NCBI GenBank assembly: GCA_965222115.1
Contig: CBDCTJ010000005.1
Span: 64,001 to 128,000 of the forward strand
Direction of reading: 5' to 3'
DNA length: 64,000 nt
Source: Planctomycetota bacterium
GTDB lineage: Bacteria; Planctomycetota; PLA2; JAEUHO01
Part shown: positions 58,066 to 64,000 of the stretch, one piece after another
Layout of the letters: every line of letters starts with the position of its first letter
How positions within the stretch are numbered: position 1 is the first letter of the stretch
Notes under the pieces: model-generated
Told to the model about the DNA's origin: nothing
The model's input: only the letters and a program-made list of their open reading frames with translations
Databases searched by the model: none
Made by a program: the position numbers and the translations under genes

Positions 58066-59523
58066 ATGCTCTTGCTGTCATTCGGCTTGCCGTCGATCGT
58101 CGTGGCGGGTCTGTTCCCGTCCGCCTTTGTGCCCACCTCCCTTATGCCGCACGTGCCCCTCGCACTCTCCATGGTGACGTGGATCTCGCTGCTCATTTTC
58201 GCGGAGGCTGCGGCATGGTTTAGCGCGAGTGCCGAGGCGGCACTTGATCGCTGCAGTCATTCGGGCGTTCTGGCCATCGCGGATCGTCACGGCAAACGCG
58301 AGCAGACAGAGGAGCGATTAAAGAACGCGTCGCGTTATCAATTCGCGGCCCGCCTCACGCGATTTCTCGGGAACGCGTGCGTAGTCGTGAGTCTTGCCTA
58401 CTTAGCGCTGCGGGGCAGTGCCATCCAAGACGACGAGGGCGTGGGCACATTCTCGGTGAGCACGGCGGTCGTCGTGCTGGGCACCGCGTTCCTGCTTACA
58501 TTCATTATTAACGATGTGTTGGCGCGGCTTGTGGCCTGTCGCAACCCCGATCGCTACGTATATCGCGCATTGCCGTTCCTGCGTTGGCTTCGATTTGCAA
58601 CCGCGCCTCTGTGCGCCCCCTTGCTATGGCTGGGCTCAAGGCTCTTTCAAGTTCGATTGCTACGCAAAACGGCTTCGGCTCGCGAAGAGATCTTGGAGTC
58701 CGTGGAGGAGGGTGAGCGCGCCGGAAGTTTTTCCGCCACCGAAGCCGACATGATCGAGTCGATTATCGACATGGGCCGTTCGCGCGTTGAAGACGTCATG
58801 ACGCCACGCGCCGACCTCGTCATGTTGCATGTGGACGCCTCACTCCAAGACGCACTCACCACGATTACCGAAGAGGGGTATTCGCGCATACCGATTTACA
58901 AGAGCGATCGCGACGACGTGGTGGGTGTGCTCTACGCGCGCGATCTGCTTCCCCACTGGGGTCAGGACGAAGGCTCGCCCGTGACCGTGGAGAACGGCGA
59001 GACCACCCATACCGCGCTCACCGTGCGGGGCATGATGCGCAAGCCGCTCTACGTGCCCGAAGGCAAGCGCGTGAGCGATCTTTTGGGCGACATGCGCGCC
59101 AACAAGGTGCACATGGGCATTGTGCTCGACGAGTTCAACGGCACGGCGGGTGTGGTCACCATCGAAGACCTCTTGGAAGAGATCGTTGGAGAGATTCAAG
59201 ACGAGTACGACGAGGACGAAGACGAGGTCACCAGCGCTTCGGCCGATGGTGTGATTCAAGTGCCGGGCCGGACCACGATTGAAGACGTCAACCGCGCGCT
59301 GCACATTGAACTGCCCATCGAAGAGGATTTTGAAACCGTGGGCGGCCTCGTCTTCAACCGACTGGGGCAGGTGCCCGTGGCGGGTGATGAACTCCGACTC
59401 GATGGCGCCACGCTCACCGTGTTGGAAGCAGACGAACGAACCGTTCAGTCGGTGCGCGTCGCGCGCCAGGACACGACGAACGAAACCGACGTTCCGCCGT
59501 CACCGGCGCGCCATGTAAGCTAG
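58066..59523 (+). CDS. CNNM/hemolysin-family (DUF21 + CBS pair + CorC_HlyC) transporter-associated protein
   Basis: FSASAEAAL TM region, VMTPR, YSRIPIY, VLDEFNGTAGVVTIEDLLEEIVGEIQDEYD, ETVGGLV. Start uncertain (57973-58171). Confidence 0.9.
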   Translation: MLLLSFGLPSIVVAGLFPSAFVPTSLMPHVPLALSMVTWISLLIFAEAAAWFSASAEAALDRCSHSGVLAIADRHGKREQTEERLKNASRYQFAARLTRFLGNACVVVSLAYLALRGSAIQDDEGVGTFSVSTAVVVLGTAFLLTFIINDVLARLVACRNPDRYVYRALPFLRWLRFATAPLCAPLLWLGSRLFQVRLLRKTASAREEILESVEEGERAGSFSATEADMIESIIDMGRSRVEDVMTPRADLVMLHVDASLQDALTTITEEGYSRIPIYKSDRDDVVGVLYARDLLPHWGQDEGSPVTVENGETTHTALTVRGMMRKPLYVPEGKRVSDLLGDMRANKVHMGIVLDEFNGTAGVVTIEDLLEEIVGEIQDEYDEDEDEVTSASADGVIQVPGRTTIEDVNRALHIELPIEEDFETVGGLVFNRLGQVPVAGDELRLDGATLTVLEADERTVQSVRVARQDTTNETDVPPSPARHVS

Positions 59524-59572
59524 CCGTGTGAGGTCTACATCCACCCGACCATCGAAGACCGGCGCCAAACAA

Positions 59573-60322
59573 ATGTCGGCGGTTACGACCGATACCATCT
59601 CGGTTCGTGTGACGCCATTTGGTGAGACCAGTCAAATCGTGCTGTTGCTCACACCCGACATGGGTGCTGTGTCCGCACTTGCAAAGGGTAGTTTTCGTCC
59701 CAGTGCCTCGTTTCAAGGCGGGATTCCATTTTGTGTAATTGGCAAAGCCCAATTGCGGCGACGGCGCGGTGAGCTGCACTTACTTCAAAAGTTCACCGTG
59801 CAGGACGGACTGCGCGGGCTTCGACGCTCGCTCCATCGGTTTTATGGCGCCAACTATGTCGTTGAGTTGCTACGCCTTTGGGCACAACCCGATTTGCCCG
59901 CCCCGGGATTGTTTGGCGCCGCCGTAACAACGCTGCGCGCCTTGGCACATACCAAAGAAGAACACATTCCCACGTGGCTCGTATGGTTCGAAGCCCGGGC
60001 TATAGCGGCAGCCGGACAACGGCCGAGACTGGATCGCTGTGCCGTATGTGAAGAGGTGGTTGGGACCGGTGCGCGATTCTCAGGACCCGCTGGTGGACTT
60101 GCACACGCATCTTGTATGCCCGTGGGTCCGCAGATTGGCGTGAGTTCTTCCGCCCTTGGCACCTTGCGGCGGCTCTACACAGAACGCCTTCCGGTATTGG
60201 CCGCCTCACCGCCCTCGCTGCGCGAGGCGCTAGAAGTCCGCCGCATCCACGACCTCTACGTCCCTTACAGCCTTGAACGCCAGCCCCGAGGACTCGCGCG
60301 ACTCCAACGACGGGTACTGTGA
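59573..60322 (+). CDS. recO: DNA repair protein RecO
   Basis: FGETSQIVLLLTPDMGAVSALAKG OB fold; PRLDRCAVC...GGL Zn region. Confidence 0.85.
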   Translation: MSAVTTDTISVRVTPFGETSQIVLLLTPDMGAVSALAKGSFRPSASFQGGIPFCVIGKAQLRRRRGELHLLQKFTVQDGLRGLRRSLHRFYGANYVVELLRLWAQPDLPAPGLFGAAVTTLRALAHTKEEHIPTWLVWFEARAIAAAGQRPRLDRCAVCEEVVGTGARFSGPAGGLAHASCMPVGPQIGVSSSALGTLRRLYTERLPVLAASPPSLREALEVRRIHDLYVPYSLERQPRGLARLQRRVL

Positions 60323-60421
60323 CCATCGGGTGAATCGCCGCGGCCCGCGGACACGCTTCGCCCCGTTTCTCGGCGAAACGAAGGTCGATGGATGGGCGGT
60401 GTTCGTAGGTATGTTGATCGT

Positions 60422-61939
60422 ATGGAAGTCGTACGCCCCCCGCGCCCCCTCCCGACCGTCGCCGCCTCCCTGCTCGCGGTATCTCTTGTGGCCTCTTCGC
60501 TCGCGTGCGGCGGCTGCGCCTCAGGCGTGAGCCGCATTCGCGATGCGGGTGACAGTGCACTCGATACGCTCTCGCGATTGGGGGGCAGCAAGGACACGGG
60601 CAATCCGTTTATCCCCAACCAAGTCGCGGGTGGCGATCCCAACGACCCAGGCCTACGCGGTCGCCGTGGCGGAACCACAGATGAACGCCTGAGTCGCGAG
60701 GAAGTTAACAAGTTGATTGCCGAGCGTCGCCGCCAAGGGGATGCACTCTGGCAGTCAGCCAATCGTGAACGCAATCCGTCGGACGCAGCAGTTCGGTTCA
60801 ACGACTTCGCAGCGGGCGTCCCCGAACACCCGCGCGCGGCGGAGGCAAAGTACCGCCAAGGCCGCCGTCATTTTGATGCCGGCGAATATGACGCTGCGTT
60901 CGAATCACTTAAGACGTATATGCGCATCGCACCGGTCAATCCGCATCTAAAAGAAGTCGAAGAACTGATCTATCACTCGGGCATTCGGCACCTGCAGGGC
61001 GCGCGCTCCGGTTTCTTGGGGGGTGCGTTCAAGAACGACGATTCCGGGATTGAAGCGCTTAACTACATCCCCACACACTTTCCCGCAGGTGATCGCGCCG
61101 ATGACGCCCTGCTTGCTTTGGCGCGCTACTACCAAAAGAAGCGCGACTATGACGCGTCGGTGTTGCGCTACAAGGAACTGTTGGTGCGCTACCCCAATAG
61201 CGAATGGAGCTTCCTGGCACGCATCGGCTTGGGGGATGTGTATTTGGCTCGCGACAATGGTGAGCCCTATCACGCCGGCTACGTGGACCGCGATCCGCGC
61301 GAAAAGGTTCGCAAGGAAATGGCCAAACGCGCGGGCCATGTCAAGAGCGCCGGCGAGTTGGCCCTTGAGCAATACGAGTTCTTCCTACGACGCATTGAGC
61401 GTGATCCGGGCCGCAAAGCCGAGTACGCCAAGCACGTGGCCTACGTCACAAAGCGCGTCCGTGAAGTCCGTACGGCATTGGCCGCCAAGGATCGTCGTAT
61501 CGCAGCGTGGTATGCCTCGCATGGACAGCCTCAGGCTGCACGGCTCTATGAGCAGTCGGCGCGGCGTTGGCTCTCGGGCGAACAATCTGTCGGCGCAGCG
61601 TCCGAGTTTCGTGTAGCTCCGCAACCCTCAACGACCCCACCAGCGAGTACCCCCGCTATTGGCGTTCCGCCAACCCAAGTTCCTCCGGTACAGGTCCCCC
61701 CGGTTCAAATTCCGCCATCGCAGATCCCTCCGCGTCAGCTACCTCCCCCACAACCACCCGTTTCAATTCCACCGCCGGCGACGGGACCCGGTTCCGTAGT
61801 GCCCCCTTCCGCTCGCGGCCCCGGACCCGTTGTGCAGGTTGCGCCCCCACAGATCCAACCCACGCCAGTTCCAATGCGCCCAGCACCTTCACACACGCCA
61901 GTTCCACCGCCCCCGCCTCCGCCACCGTTGGCGCCGTAA
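60422..61939 (+). CDS. bamD: Outer membrane protein assembly factor BamD-like TPR lipoprotein with Pro-rich tail
   Basis: Lipobox LAC/GGC, TPR motifs (RAAEAKY, RADDALLALARYY, LLVRYPNSEW), LAAKDRRIAAWY; between recO and lptE. Confidence 0.72.
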   Translation: MEVVRPPRPLPTVAASLLAVSLVASSLACGGCASGVSRIRDAGDSALDTLSRLGGSKDTGNPFIPNQVAGGDPNDPGLRGRRGGTTDERLSREEVNKLIAERRRQGDALWQSANRERNPSDAAVRFNDFAAGVPEHPRAAEAKYRQGRRHFDAGEYDAAFESLKTYMRIAPVNPHLKEVEELIYHSGIRHLQGARSGFLGGAFKNDDSGIEALNYIPTHFPAGDRADDALLALARYYQKKRDYDASVLRYKELLVRYPNSEWSFLARIGLGDVYLARDNGEPYHAGYVDRDPREKVRKEMAKRAGHVKSAGELALEQYEFFLRRIERDPGRKAEYAKHVAYVTKRVREVRTALAAKDRRIAAWYASHGQPQAARLYEQSARRWLSGEQSVGAASEFRVAPQPSTTPPASTPAIGVPPTQVPPVQVPPVQIPPSQIPPRQLPPPQPPVSIPPPATGPGSVVPPSARGPGPVVQVAPPQIQPTPVPMRPAPSHTPVPPPPPPPPLAP

Positions 61940-61940
61940 C

Positions 61941-62441
61941 GTGTATCGTCGATTTGCCACTGTGTGTGCGCTCGTGGTCGCATGCGGTGTCGTCGTGGGT
62001 TGCGGCTACTCAACACGGCGACTGAACGACTTTCCTTCCGCCCGCACAGTTGCCGTCGTTCCGTTTACCAACACGGGGTTTCGTCGAGATCTTGAACTGG
62101 AGCTCACCCAGGCTGTGGTACGTGAGGTACGCGCGCGAACCGACTTCGCTATCGGCCATCCATCACGCGCCGACCTCATCATCCGCGGTTCCACGACACC
62201 GGAAGAAGCTGCTACCGGACTGGGCCCCGATGGTCTCGTGTTTCAGCGTCGCTTGCTCGGCACACTCGAGGTGGAGGTCGTAGACCGCGCACGTGACAAG
62301 GTCGTCCGGCGTGCAACCCTCACTGCCAACGAGGAATTTCGCCCCCACCTTCCCAGTGAAGGACTCGACACGACGGCGCGAGAAGCATGGACGCGCCACA
62401 TGGCGGAAAGGGTCGCGCAACTGCTTGAGCGGGGATTTTAA
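61941..62441 (+). CDS. lptE: LPS assembly lipoprotein LptE
   Basis: VVGCGY lipobox; TVAVVPFTNTGFRRDLELELTQAVVREV...ADLIIRG. Start GTG 61941. Confidence 0.8.
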   Translation: MYRRFATVCALVVACGVVVGCGYSTRRLNDFPSARTVAVVPFTNTGFRRDLELELTQAVVREVRARTDFAIGHPSRADLIIRGSTTPEEAATGLGPDGLVFQRRLLGTLEVEVVDRARDKVVRRATLTANEEFRPHLPSEGLDTTAREAWTRHMAERVAQLLERGF

Positions 62442-62554
62442 ACTGGGGGTAGTTCACGACGCGCGCACCGAGGAGTTACGAGGAATTGCAGCGCGTCCCC
62501 AGCTTTCTGAGCCGAATCGCCTGGGAAACTCGGGCCGGGTAAGGCAACCGTGCG

Positions 62555-62582
62555 TTGCCGCCCCAACCCTCGGGGGTAGACT
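62555..62582 (+). promoter_or_regulatory. Putative sigma70 promoter of ftsH (leaderless or short leader)
   Basis: TTGCCG (62555-62560), 16 nt spacer, TAGACT (62577-62582), ATG 9 nt later, no SD. Confidence 0.45.
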
Positions 62583-62591
62583 TCCCCCGTT

Positions 62592-64000
62592 ATGACACAA
62601 CCAGATGGAACGTCCCCGCCCGGGGCCCCCCAACGCCCGCGCCGGAACATTCCGATGCTCCTGCTGCTACTTGGCCTCGCCATGATTGCGGTCCTCGTTT
62701 TGGGCAGCAACCAGACCAAAACGCGCACGCTCGAAACGATGGCGCAAGTGGAAGAAATCCTCCAAGAGGGTTTCGCCAGCGAGCTCACCATCGTGGACGG
62801 GACGCGCGTGCGCGGCACGTTTCGTCCCTTGGGGAACAATCCTCACGTTCCCGCATACGAGGCGTTTGAACTCGCCTACACCGGCCCTCCTGAAAACTCT
62901 CCCATCACACCCGAACGGCTGGCTGCATGGGAGAAGTCGCTCGGCAAAGACGGAAAACTCAAGTACGAAACCACCAACACGGCCATGAAAGGTTTGCTCG
63001 CATTCCTGCCGTGGCTGGTGTTGATGCTGCTCTTTTGGTTCTTCATATTCCGTCAGATGCGCGGCATGGGTGGCAGTGGTGTGATGCAGTTCGGGCGCAC
63101 GCGCGCCAAGATGCACATGAAGGAACAAACCGGCGTTTCATTTGACGACGTCGCAGGCATCGAAGAAGCGCTCTCGGAAGTGGGCGAAATCGTCGCCTTT
63201 CTCAAGTCGCCGCAGAAGTTCAAGACCATTGGTGCGCGCATACCACGTGGTGTGCTGTTGGTCGGTCCTCCAGGTTGCGGCAAGACGCTGCTGGCCAAAG
63301 CCATCGCGGGCGAAGCCGACGTGCCGTTTTTCTCTGTATCTGGAAGTGACTTCGTGGAGATGTTCGTGGGCGTTGGCGCAAGCCGCGTGCGCGACCTCTT
63401 TCGGCAGGCGCGCGAGAACTCGCCGTGCATTATCTTCTTGGATGAAATCGATGCCGTGGGTCGCAAGCGCGGCGCCGGGCTCGGCGGTGGCCACGACGAG
63501 CGTGAACAGACGTTGAATCAAATCCTGGTTGAGATGGACGGCTTCGATACCGACCAGGGCATCATCTTGTTGGCAGCAACCAACCGACCCGACGTGTTGG
63601 ATCCTGCGCTGCTTCGCCCAGGTCGTTTTGATCGACAAATCGTGATCAATCTGCCGGACCTGAATGGACGCGAAAAGATCCTTCGGGTGCATGCACAGAA
63701 GGTCAAGATGGATCCGTCCATCGACCTAAAGCGCGTTGCACGAGCCACGCCAGGCTTTTCGGGTGCCGACTTGGAAGCGCTCATCAACGAGGGCGCGCTG
63801 ATGGCGGTAACTGCCGGTCGCGACCGCGTCACGCTTGCCGACCTTGAAGAAGCCCGAGACAAGATCCGGTTCGGTCGCTCGCGCAAGAGCATGCTGATGA
63901 CCGACGACGAGAAAAAGATCACGGCGTATCACGAGGCGGGGCACGCGATTGTGACCGTGCTTGAGAAGAAGGCCGATCCGCTACACAAGGTCACCATCAT
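62592..64000 (+). CDS. ftsH: ATP-dependent zinc metalloprotease FtsH (partial, runs off window end)
   Basis: Absent from ORF track (no stop in window). My translation: two TMs, [77 protein letters not shown]. Confidence 0.96.
   Translation, partial: MTQPDGTSPPGAPQRPRRNIPMLLLLLGLAMIAVLVLGSNQTKTRTLETMAQVEEILQEGFASELTIVDGTRVRGTFRPLGNNPHVPAYEAFELAYTGPPENSPITPERLAAWEKSLGKDGKLKYETTNTAMKGLLAFLPWLVLMLLFWFFIFRQMRGMGGSGVMQFGRTRAKMHMKEQTGVSFDDVAGIEEALSEVGEIVAFLKSPQKFKTIGARIPRGVLLVGPPGCGKTLLAKAIAGEADVPFFSVSGSDFVEMFVGVGASRVRDLFRQARENSPCIIFLDEIDAVGRKRGAGLGGGHDEREQTLNQILVEMDGFDTDQGIILLAATNRPDVLDPALLRPGRFDRQIVINLPDLNGREKILRVHAQKVKMDPSIDLKRVARATPGFSGADLEALINEGALMAVTAGRDRVTLADLEEARDKIRFGRSRKSMLMTDDEKKITAYHEAGHAIVTVLEKKADPLHKVTI

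Overview
GC-rich bacterial window. Gene content suggests Planctomycetota (inference from a MoxR/DUF58/BatA/vWA cluster, prenyltransferase-repeat proteins, carboxypeptidase-regulatory-like repeat proteins and recO-bamD-lptE order). About 40 CDS, almost all on the + strand. No rRNA, tRNA or CRISPR array was recognised. Layout: (i) methyltransferase and partial YdjC/ChbG-like gene on the - strand; (ii) MoxR AAA+ / DUF58 / BatA-vWA / vWA / giant PQQ-propeller-TPR operon (1314-13156); (iii) a ~10.3 kb segment (13237-23579) bracketed by a 33-bp inverted repeat (32/33 identical), carrying a HEAT-repeat protein, an Rhs toxin with a signal/TM segment and a barnase/RNase Sa-type tip, a SUKH-like immunity gene and an orphan GspC/PDZ-like gene; (iv) two prenyltransferase-repeat genes and a - strand CPBP/GYF_2 operon divergent from an ECF sigma/FecR pair that is translationally coupled to DUF4175-like coiled-coil genes; (v) a secreted protein whose frame continues through an in-frame TGA in a U-x-x-C context with a SECIS-like hairpin (candidate new selenoprotein, 38308-39195); (vi) two beta-sandwich repeat paralogs, an M1+M28 peptidase fusion and a housekeeping run (ispG, desaturase, moaD, moaE, ppsR, 4-gene ABC transporter, ispD, ruvC, CNNM/CBS, recO, bamD, lptE, partial ftsH). 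Best leads: the candidate selenoprotein and the inverted-repeat-bounded Rhs/GspC-like module. All family assignments are by eye; no searches were run.
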